Part shown: positions 25,401 to 37,400 of the stretch, one piece after another
Layout of the letters: every line of letters starts with the position of its first letter
Numbering within the stretch: the first letter of the stretch is position 1
Origin: Phoronis australis
Lineage: Eukaryota > Animalia > Phoronida
Assembly (NCBI GenBank): GCA_002633005.1
Contig: NMRA01000348.1
Span: 235,065 to 299,064 of the forward strand
DNA: 64,000 nt
Reading direction: 5' to 3'
The notes under the pieces: model-generated
What the model was told of the DNA's origin: nothing
What the model saw: the letters and a program-made list of their open reading frames with translations, nothing else
The model's database searches: none
Made by a program: the position numbers and the translations under genes

Positions 25401-28400
25401 AGTTATTGCAGCTCAATTAGCCCTGGGTTGTCCCCTTCAAACTTCAGCATGGATGTGTTTGAAATGCTTTATACTACCTCCTGCTGTTGCGCAAACAGGT
25501 TTTTTACTACTTTTTCCATTTAAAGTTCATCTGGAACAAATGAAGTTTGCATAAGGTCAAGCACCGTTGAGGCACATTGTAACAGTTGTGCAAGAAATAC
25601 TGTTCCCAAATTTTAGTGTCCTGCAAATTGAGTATTAAAAATAAATGATTGCTCGTTACTGGTAACACACTTGATTTCTCTTTCTCAGGGTCGCAAGGAC
25701 CACCCTCAGTTTGTGAAGTCGTTAGAGATCTATCTGTCCTCAGATGATTCGACTTTTTCTTGTATCAAGGAAGTCGATGACGTTTCAACGTGCGAAGTGG
25801 TGAGCTTCAGTTGCGAAGTCATTTGTTCTGAAATACATGTACCAACGAAGACGTTTCCTGAAAAATAATAAGTTGATTGAAATAATATCAGATAATAAGC
25901 GTCTTGGTAGAGAAGGAAGATATTTGATGTTTTATTGTTTGCAGTCAAAGGTTTGGGAGTCCAAATATCAAATGAACCTTGATTTACTTTATTCAACGGT
26001 CTAATAAACGAGGGTACTCCTTAAAAATCACTTCTGATTAGTGATAAGTACAGCATGAAATCTTGTTTCCCTTCTTGGTCAGAGTGATTTTTTATTTTGA
26101 CCGGAACAAGTTCGTTTTATTTGTCACTGTGGGTCAATATCGGCCGTCAAAGTAGAGAGATATTATAGGCGTTTTGAATCAGTTTCAACACAAATACAGC
26201 CTTTAAAAACGCCAAAACATGATTTTAACATCAAGATGTTCATGGCAGTTTCAACTGTATAGGCACTTTTTCGTTAGGTAAGACATTTTTTCTTAGTTCT
26301 TCATGCTATGTTTATATTGAATAGGTTTCCCAAAATGCTGCCGTGGCTATCCAAAAACATAAGGCGAGCTGAGGTGGATAATAGTGAGCAAGTTGTTCTC
26401 ACAAGAGCACATAAGCAAGATGGCAGGTGATTGGCAGGCTACTCCGAGATGTTACATCACGGGAGATAACGATCGGCCAACTCTTAAATGATATACACAT
26501 TCTATAATGCACGTGAACCGATGTTTCTTTCTGCTATAATGTATCAATCACGTGAACCCGGTCTCGACTCCGTATCTTACGTCTGAATAGCAATAGATAT
26601 GCACAGTTGCTGCTACCCTCTGAGACAGCGCCACCTATACTGAAAAATGGTCCTGGTGAAACATGATGAACTACACACGGAATTTCGTATGTCGACATCA
26701 ATGCGCATGCCTTGGTTGCAAGTATACGGATTACATCTCCACCAATTGCACAGCCTTTAAGTGCTGTACTACACTTGTTTAGGTTTAAGCCAAAGGATCA
26801 GGGCCCCCTTGATTTTGTTTACATCGAACACTGCCAGGTTGCATAAATTACAACTATTCAACTCAAATTTAGTCCCCATACTTGAAAAAAAATTAACTGA
26901 AAGAGGTTTCCCAGATTCCAGCCAATTGGAATGACTGAATGTTATGACGTCGGTTTCATTACTTTAAACAGTGAGAAGCCATATTAAACAACATTCAATA
27001 GTACGTACCTTTCGAAGCACTGTGGAGTGTAAGTTGCAGCACTCGTAGTGCTCGTTCCTGAGCACGTGATCCATGTGTTTTTTATCCGAACACTTCCTGT
27101 TTCTTGATTAATACGAACGGATTCCGTTTCAGTTCAATGCTAACGCAGACACAAACAGTATACGTTTCATCGAGTTACCAACACCTGAACCATCACGTTA
27201 TGTAAGAATCAAGCCAATAGACTACCATGAGTACAAGTCCATGCGTCTAGAAGTGTACGGATATCGGTATGGTAAGTAAAACAATGCATGAATTTACTAC
27301 GGCGGTTCACGCTTTCGCCTCTGAAAACATTAGTCCGTTTGAGCGCTGGTGTGGCTTCCATCACGTAGGAAATGGACACGTGCGCAGTATGAAAATCATC
27401 TGCAATGTATTCTCCGTAAAATGATTACATGTTACTGGAATTGGATGTTGAATATGTGATGAATTGTCTCGGTCGGCCATATCGTCCGGTTGAGCCCCAT
27501 CCCCCAATTAGATAAGTGAGGCTTACAACATACTAGCTGATTCATCTTCTGATTGTTGCATCACTAATTGGCAATCTTCCTATTTTAGTCATTACGGAAA
27601 TTCGATATTACACGTAAATAGTGCAAAAGCAGTCATTTTTAGGTTAATTTGGTTCTCTCGGAAATATTTTTCCTTGTAAAGGGGCGTTACGGGCGAGAAA
27701 TTTATTTTATGAAACCAGCAACAGCAGTCGGCACTTGTCGCATTTCTGACGAGTTATGAAGGCCTCCACTCAAAGGCAGCTAATTGGTTCAGTCACTGGT
27801 GTTGATTTTAGACCGGCATTGACAGCAAACACGACACCCATTGTTGGTTTGTAGCTGTGGGGCCTGTTTGATGAAAAAACTTACACGTGCGACTTAAAGG
27901 ACACCTAGTCTTTCACCCCACTTTACATCCACTAAACAGACATTTTAGTCATGTTATTGTAAAGCCATCACAAGCTAGAGGTAATTCTTACATACATATT
28001 ACATCACTAATTAGCAGTGATGAATTTGTGCTCTTATAAAGTGACAGTTAATAGATTTTGGATATTTATTCAATAGCTTTCAAAAGTAGCTGTGTGGACC
28101 GTAATACCAAATTACTGATTTATTTATCAAATTTTTTAACCCAAGTCTGACCCCTGGTCAAAGCAAATGACTTCAAGAATTCTATATCATGTAACATCAA
28201 TTCACTGACAGCATGCGTTATTTGACCATTAAACCGAATTTCGCCCTATATAACTGTTTCAACTGAGTGTATTTTCTTAAAGAGAACTATAGAACGTAAG
28301 GTAAACCACTTGGCAAAGGATTTGCACGTCAGGAAACACGATTTCCTTCTCCCTATCCAAAACAGCCTATGCAGGTCATTCGTCTATCCTCAGTCGAAGT

Positions 28401-31400
28401 GGGCTGATGCAAAACGGGGAAGGGGTCCTTTGTCCGGTGACACACGTCACTTCCTACTGTCCCATGGACGTAGCATACACGCCAGCCTACAAGATACCCA
28501 GACATCCTCATTTTCATGCCGTTTACATTATCTGTCGACCGCTGCTGTATTTCCGAAACCTTTTGATGGGTCGTTCGTGAAAATTTGCTGACGTAGATAT
28601 ATTGTTATCGTGTTTGATGGAAAAACATGCGTTGCAATGGCTACTTTAAAATTTTATAAAAAGCGGCTGCTTTCTCTCGAACATGTGTGCAAATACTATT
28701 ATTCGAAGTGTGCGTGTATATTGTAATGTTTGGACAGCTAAGGTCTCCGAACAGTAAACATGATACTGCCACATAGTGCTGTGTAATCATCTAAGGTTTA
28801 GGAACAGCAAAAATTATGGCGATGCATGCATTGAGATTCTCGGCAACTAGTTAAATGTGTCCTCTCACCTCTATCGCCATACACGTGGTCTGATTATTTT
28901 TGTAGACCAGCCTGGTGTGTCCGCAAAGAAAATTGAAATTTACGGAGAGTGGTCAAGTTGGGGTCCGTGGGACCAATGCCGGTTATTTGGCGGACGAAGA
29001 AGGTGGCGCAACTGTACTGGACGCGATCCACTTCCGGGAAGACATTGCTTGGGGATGCCGTGGGAAAGTGCAGAGTGTCCTGGTGGGTGAGAAGGTTTAA
29101 TATCAGCAAACATCTGAACTAATCTGACTGTGGAAACCATGCTGAATACTTACTGTTGCAGTATTATTAGATGTTATGGTCAGTGCTATCAGTTTAAGAC
29201 TGAGAAACGTTTTGGACGTACGTATTAGGTAAGACCAACTTTCGCCACCTCATAGTGATCAGTCTTCACATATTAAAGGCGAAGGCAACCTTTTTTCATG
29301 CCACTTTTAGCAAAAATAAGGTTCGTTGATTATCCCAGACACATTTTTCACGTAATTACAGCTTTTCGTAATTTGATTAATTTCTCGTCCTCTACTCCGG
29401 AAGTGACGTTTTGGGAGGCAAGAGCTTTGCGCCAATTTCTTTGCATTATAGTCTGACTGTGAGAGCTGTCGAGTCAGTCATTGTTCTACCTCAGTTGTGA
29501 TAAGTTCGGTCGTCGTTTGCTTTTGTTAACAAGTCAGTCAATATGCCACGCTATGGCTGCGTGCCGGGATGTTCTCATTATCGTCTCAAACGCGCATTGG
29601 GTACCTTGCGTCGCTTTCCGAAGGACGACACACTTGGCCATACTTGGCTAGCTCGTTCATGTGAAGTACTCAGCGCGACCCGTCCACGCAACGTACAAAG
29701 CAGTGGAGGGTTACCGAGTGGGGGGAAAGCATTTTCTGCAGTCAAATTATGACAGAGACATGTACGCTGAATTGATGAAGGTCCCTGTGAAGCAACGCCT
29801 GAAGAAAGGTACCATACCGTCGCTGTTGATTCCAGGCAGTGCCATGTCGCTAACCCCGAGAAGTGTGTTTTTGAAGCGGGATCTAGCAGTGATTCACCCT
29901 GTGTTGTTGTCTCTAGCTACGGCAGAGCCTGTAAGCAGCCCTGCAGCGATGTTGAGTAGTGGGAGTGAATACAGACCCAGTTCGACACCCAGTGAAGAGG
30001 ACATTTCGTCATCCAAAGAACAGATCGGCGAGCCTAAGTTTGATAAGTTTATTGTGGACTTTTGTATTGGAGCTATTTGGAAGGTGCCAGGTGTGTGACG
30101 AGTGAGTCACACGGCGGGATGTAAGCAGTTTGGGTGCTCAGATCACCCTCCAGTTGGGAGTGTGTCACCGGACACTCGGGCAAGTGGGACGGTTCTTCCT
30201 CTGTACGTGAGACGATAATGAGTACACCCCAGTACGCAGCAACAGCGTGGCATGTTGACTGACTCGTATGCAAAAGCAAACGACGACCGAACTTGTCACA
30301 ACCGAGGTAAAACAATGACTGACTCAATTGCTTTCACACTCAGACTATATGAAAAGAAATTGGCGCGAAATTCTTGCCTCCCAAAACGTCACTTCCGGAG
30401 TAGACGACGGGTAATTAAATAAATTACGAAGAGCAGTAAATAAGTGAAAAATATGTCTGGGATAATCAACGAACCTTATTTTTGCTAAAAATGACATGAA
30501 AAAAGGTTGCCTTTGCCTTTAAAAATAGATTGCATCCCATTCAGCCCTAATGAGACCAAGCCGAAAGAGTAAACTCCTTTTATTGAAAATTGATTCATAA
30601 AGGTGATTAATTAGGTTGAAACTACTACAGAAAAAAAAAAACTCTGCTTGTCTGCAGCATTTTTTTCAGTCTGTACTTTACAGCACCACTACTTTGATGA
30701 TCTATATACGACGCCTAGGGTATCCAGAACTGAGCGTTTTTGTAGCCAACATCTCCTTCTAAATGATTTGATCTAATATAAGCAACTGTAAAGTTACATA
30801 AGAAGGTATTACCCAGATAATCCTATCAGATTTGTTGATTTGATCCTGAAATACTGTGATAAATGCAAGTAGTTTTGTACGCTAGATCATGGGCGGCGTA
30901 GCACTAAAACAAGTGGGGGGGGCTAAAGCCCCCTCAGCCCCCTGTGGTGAATCGACCCTAGACAATGTGCAGCGTAGCACTGGACAAAGTGGTGGGGCTT
31001 CTCTATCCCCCCAGCCACCTATGGTGCCCCGCCCATGTAGATAATTTATTAGTATTTTCTACACTCATTGTTACTAGAACAACTCATTTGAAACGAGAAG
31101 ACTTTGACCTCAAATTTTCCCTCGGAAATGTTTCATATCTGCGCACGGGCGAATTCCAGGTATTACAGCACGGGATTTGGTCAAGGGAAGGTCAAATCAT
31201 GGCTTCAGCCTAGATGGTAAAAATCGTACGCGGATGTCATTATCTTTAGTTTGTGTTCTGGTGTTCTGTACATGTAAACCCTTGTTTAAGTCTGTTATAA
31301 TAGTATTATTCCGACACATCCGATTTACCTTTACCTGCCTTTTTCTATATCCTGTCTACAACTGTATCTTTTTAAAATTTCAACTTGGGACTTTTCAGGA

Positions 31401-34400
31401 TGCTGTTCTGGTAAAACGCAGGTGGTGATAGAACTCCAGAGGCGGAGTACGTGCGCTTCTACCCTGCTTCTTGGCTGCTTTTTGTAGACCGAAGACTCGC
31501 GCCCAAACAGTGTAACCACGTGTTTGGCTCGTAATACATAACTATAACTCGCAAAGACTTGCATGCGTTATCCTGAGTTTTCTGGCGCAAGATTCTTGCG
31601 TCTATACACCCTACCTACTTCAACTCATGTACTCTGTGCAAGCCTATTGATGTCAACGTGGTCAACGCTGTTTTTCTTTTCCAGCACTTCCTGGTTGCTT
31701 CATCGATTCCAACCCTAGAGATCTGCCGCATTGCATTTTACGGAATAAAGTTTCAAGGGATTTGTGTCAGTCTAAGTGCAAATCACAAAACTATGACCTG
31801 GCTGCCGTTCAAAATGGCAGCGAATGTTATTGTGGAAATACTTACGCAACTCATGGATCACGACCTCTTGCTGATTGCAACATGACTTGTTCAGCTCCGT
31901 GGACCAAGGAAACCTGTGGCGGGTACAAGTCAAACTGGGTCATGAAAACTGAACACAGTAAGACGGTCTGTCAGGTTTATACGTTCCTATAAATGTACAA
32001 ATGACCAAGTGAATTCGGACTGGACTAGTTGCATAGCAGGTGTACAAAAATGCTGCAAGGTCCAACAGGCTGTCAATTCAGACAGTTTTAGGTTGACCGT
32101 CACAAGCATTCGTGCAATCAGTTTTTTGTGCATGCAGTAATTATAGTACATGGTGCACAGTCAAGGAGTTACTTTTGCAGGAGCAACCCGTCTCAGCCAG
32201 CACGTGTTGTATACGTTTTGGAGTACTAATGAGAGTAATGGTTATTGCAACAAAAATAATAATAGTGATAATGATATTGATGTTGATAATGATAAAATGA
32301 TTAACAGAGACTTATTTTTACATTACGTTATACTAGGCAAAGTTGTAGTCACGTCATCACTTTAAGACTTCTTTAAAAAATCAACGCTGAAGCTTGAAGA
32401 GATTCCAAGTCCATTTGACACTAGTTTAAACCACATGTAAAAGTGGCACGCATCCTTACAACAAAAAGTAGCTTTGGATCACATTCAAACAGCTGCTTTC
32501 TTATTTGAAGCTGACGGACAGTGGGCAACATGGCAAGCGTGGTCGCACTGTAGTGTCACTTGTGGTAATGGTACTCGTGAAAGGAAGCGCTGTTGTGACA
32601 ATCCTCGACCAGAAGGTGGAGCGCAATGTATTGGAGTCAATAAGGAAATCGAGAGCTGCTCTGTTTGCTACAGTACGTAATATTTGAATTTTCCAATTCA
32701 GTTGTTGAGCAGTACATGTAGGTTAGCACTAAATTATTCTTAGTAGAAAGCACTGGGTAGGCACAGACCTCTGCCAGTCAAAGCACAGATGGCTATAACA
32801 GTACGTTTCGAGAGGCGCGGATGTAAAGCACATAAAGAGGACATTTTCAGTTTGAAGGAATCGGCACTTGCAAACAAGTCTGATAATTTTGTGAATAGAT
32901 CAAACGAAAAGAAGATGTGCCACTGAAATTGGGCCAAGCGGTAACTGCTGTTTCGTGAACTGCGCTGTCAGTTTTTAGTCATCATCCGCACAAAACTCTG
33001 GATTCTGTGTTCAGACTGAGCGTGCAACTGTACATGTAAATAGCCGTCATTTACCAATTCTGCTACATTTAAAAGACTGGATTGCTCTCAATTCCAGTAT
33101 CTATAGTTATTACCGCAAAAGCTCCCCATTTTAATTGGATAGACATGGTACAATTAAATGTATACCTTGTTTATCGAATTACAAACAAAAACTTCAGTCT
33201 CTTTTAAGGGAAATGTTAATTAGTGAGAGCGATTTGGGACAAGTTCAAACATGTTCCTTACCCTGAGTGGTGTTTGAGACTTTTTAATCTAAACAAAATT
33301 AATTTTCGTAATTATTCAAACTGGTTTGTGTCGAGTCCTACTTCCTACGGAAAGTGATCAAGTCCTACATGTACACTACAAACACGTCTGACCGGTTGAA
33401 TGACTATTGTTGTTTTACCTGTTCAGTTTCTGGCATCATTGCTTACTCACAAGTTATCATGTGTCGGGCTTGTATTGGAAAGCGGACGGGTGGTTCGGCC
33501 AGTGAGCATAGTTATCAGCACGTGAACGCGAGATAACACTGCTGCCAGAATTTATTCAAGGCGTTATATATCCGCTTTGTGTTAATTTGCAATTTTTTTT
33601 TCATGGAAATCAACTAAAAATCCAAAGCGTCCTGCAATAAGTAAAATATACCGAATTGACTTAAAATGTCAGTAATTCCGTTTAAAGATCCGGTTTCAGC
33701 CGTTTTATCATTAGTTATTTTAATATAAAATTCTAAAAGCAATTTATTGTAAATGGTTTCTGTATTTTAAGTATCAACTATCTGAAAATAACCAAATTGT
33801 CACATTTTTTAGCAATACCGGGATGCTTTCGAAACAGACCAAAAGACCTAAACAGATTCTCGGATTTGACAAAGAGAGCGTTCACTGGCAGACTGTCAAT
33901 CTCACACATGCGTTGTAGGCATGAGTGTCGTGACCTGGGATATAAATATGCCGGCTTGTACTTTGCTGCCGTGTGTCGCTGTGGAAATGAGTTCGGTAGA
34001 TATGGTCAGTTGAGTGACTCTGACTGTTCTATGCCATGTAAAGGAAACTCCACAGAAACGTGCGGAGGACCTAATGGCCATTTTGTTTTGGAGGCAGTGA
34101 TTGGTAAGTTTGTTATGTTTCCATCTGAAGGCTGTTGTGCAGAATGGTCAGAATGGCGAGAATTGACCTATCGCCAGGATTATGACTGACGGTTTGACTA
34201 ACCAGTCAGAACGCATCATCGTTGTCGCATCTTCGTTTGTGTTTCCAAACAGCCATTTTACCCGACCAACAACGTCGTTGTTTGTAAAGCTTATTTTAGT
34301 CTATAGCTAAAAAAAATGTGCGATAAGTATGGTGAAACGGTGTTGATATGGCATGTGTAGTTCTGAAAGCCGTTATACAGCTTGAGAAGAATATCCCGTC

Positions 34401-37400
34401 ATTTTTTTGGGCTTTTCCGAAGTTGAAAAATGTTGTAGACTGTGTAAACGGTGGATTAAACTGTGAGTGGACGAGCAGCTAAACTTAACAATGTTGCTGT
34501 ATTAAGGTTAAACACAAAATTGGTATATTTGTTCCAAGATACGTACTTTTCAGTTTGATTGCAATCCTGTAGGCCTATCTGACTTTGACTCCGGAGTTTC
34601 ACTCGTGTGGGAGCCTCTGTCTCGGCCTCTGCTGGATCCAAGCACTAGTCTAGCCGTACTATAGTCCCAGGAAAGTTGGTTTTAAGGACATTTTCTTATT
34701 TTTTCCTTATTTCGACCTATAATGAACATCGTTCTGTTTCATAGCACAGGTACATTTTTGTCATTCATATACCCGTGGGCTGGCGTACAACTGAAGTTCT
34801 CACCAAAATTGATCGATTCGATCGGCACATGCTGGGAGGGCACTAGATCACTGAACTCAAAGCCTCGTTCAAGCAGTTGTCACAAAAAATAAACAGCATA
34901 CACTACCCGTGTAGAGTTAAGGAGTGCTCATGTTCTAGTTCAAACATGGTACTTGGATGTATGAAGCTTTAGTTATTTTTGTAAATAGCCACTTTTTGCT
35001 ACTATACCAGACTTGTCATATTTTGTTACCGTGCCACAGCTAATTGATCATGTTACGTTTAAAATTAAATGCAATCTACCATTATGCAATGACAGTACAA
35101 AAAAATATACGGCCAATTCCATGCGTTAATTTGACTTTTGGAAACAGCCCTAGACCTACCGGAGATAAAAGCTTGCCTTGGATAAGATGAGTATGTGCCT
35201 GAGCTACGAACCTGATTTTTTAATCAAAATGTTTTGCTTGAAGATTAGAAAAAGTATGAGCAATGCCATCGACTAGACCTTCTTTACTTAGAGAATACAA
35301 TCAGTCGTGACCTACTTTTCAATTGGCGGAGCTTAGCAGACGGGAGAATAAAAACATCGGCGAATCTTCACTGATTTGATTCGAAAAATCCTGAAATCTT
35401 AGGCATCGTGCAGATAATTCGACTTTAATGAAAATATCTAGCTTTACATGAAAACATCGGATCAGTGGCCTTGTCAGTTTTCAAGTGAAGTTGAACCCCG
35501 TCTGGGGCTCTTCGGATTTTCGCTGGCTCTAAAATACTTTTCCTCGAACACTTATTTTTTATCGTTGCAACTTTACAAATTCCCAAGACATGAACGTAGG
35601 ATTGTCCAATAAAAAGTACTGCCTGTTGTCTTCGTCGAAGCGTTCTCGGAAAGTGCAGAAACTCTCATCAATTCCACCAGAAACGTCGTTTAGCGATCGT
35701 GTGTTTGCCTCTGGCATCTTGTTCGTTTGTTGGGTATCACGTGATTTTCCGCAAGGAGGCGGAGCTTGCGATAGGTCAGTTCTAAGGAAGACATTGTTGG
35801 AAGCTCTTTCCTGACCGACATGTACCTCTGGATGATTTTTCCGATCTCTGGAGTCTGATACTGCGTTCATATGTGAACCTTTTATAAGAAAGATGTTGGA
35901 GGCCAATGAGAAGGAAGACCAGATCTTAAAATGGTTTACTACAAAGACCAAGCAACCTGAACACAATTACAGAGATTTTCCATTGGTTTAAGTTCAATTC
36001 CAGACGACAGCGGTTTACTAACTGAGGCAAGTCCAAAAGCTATAAGCTTTCATTCCCTTGTTTTTTGTCGGCATCACGACCCGCAAGCGTATAATCAGTC
36101 ACGGCTCAAAGAGCTACTAAAATTTTTCATCAACGTGTAACTGAGAACTGAAACCTTCCCATAACGCCTTTATTTTGACTTAAATTTCTGTGGTATATCT
36201 TTGGATAAAATGATTGAAGCTTGATATCGTGCGAGGAATTTAATTTCAGATGCCAAACAGTTTGACCAATCAACAGATTTAGTCCCCGAAATACCAATCA
36301 AGACATCGCTAGTGCGGTAATTCAGCTCCTTTCCACGATAGGACCTTTGGTCAGATATCACAATAGTCAGACTACATGACGACATCGGTAATTGTAGAAA
36401 TCTATGGACAAAGTACGAGGTGCCGTCTGACATGACATTAAGAATCAAATCCATGACTCTGATGCGAAGAGTTCGTGAGTTGTACCTACATGTACGGTTT
36501 CCGGAACGGAATTTGAGGTTCTAGAGCATTGCTTGTCGTATAAGTAACAAAATATATTTTTAGTACAGGTCTGCCTAAGTTTGGAAGTCGTTGAACTGAG
36601 TTTAGATTTCCATGACTCGTTTTCATGACTGAAGCCAGATATGAGTGCGTGAAGAGTATTATTCGGGTAACTTAAAAGGCATCTACCTTCTTGTGAAAAA
36701 CTGGTATACCATCAACGTGTATAATGCTAGTAGTGCCTAGCTGTTCACGATCAACATGATTTGGCAAAAGCACTCTGGTACAATCATCTCTGTTAAATTG
36801 TTCGCTACAATTGAAATTGACGGATTTGTCTCGACCGCCTTAGTCGGCACAGGAGGACTATTGGCAAGCAATTGTACTTGTTTAATCGCTTCTGCTTTTG
36901 TCCAAAACACGCATTTTGTTGGACGTATCTTCTTATTTCGGTCACTCCCATTGCCTCATAATTTGTTAATGTCTGTAAGGTTGAAGCAATTAATGATTTC
37001 GGTTAGGCCCTCTTTGAGTGTCTATGTTTGTGTGACAGTACCATATTTGAACGTGAACTGGCGTCTTTCATCAAATTCGATATGTCGGTTTTATCGAAAT
37101 TTTCCTATATTCAATGGTTGTACCTTCAACAATTTTAAACTTAGATTTCGCATTTAAGATTTGGTACATTTTAAAAAAGTGTGAATTTGTTCTTCCTAGA
37201 ATTGGAAATTGCCGGACAAAAATAATTATCACTGACAGTCAACAGATGGAATACACACACCATTCAATAAAATACACTTTGCAGCAGTTTTTAAGGTGGA
37301 AAACTGTAGTGGCTTCTGCAGAGTCTGTCATGCACCTTGCTGGAAAAAATTTAAGGATGCTTTGTTGCATTTTATGTATAAATTGTCTCAAATAGTTGAA

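Noticed and set aside
34120-34235. TSP1-like words (AEWSEW...RTHHRC) just after the WSC2 exon
   Set aside because: Too close to the donor for an intron and interrupted by stops; at most a faint relic
35140-36000. Possible degenerate transposase or recombinase coding remnant (135-aa minus-strand ORF)
   Set aside because: No diagnostic catalytic motif or termini that I could verify by eye
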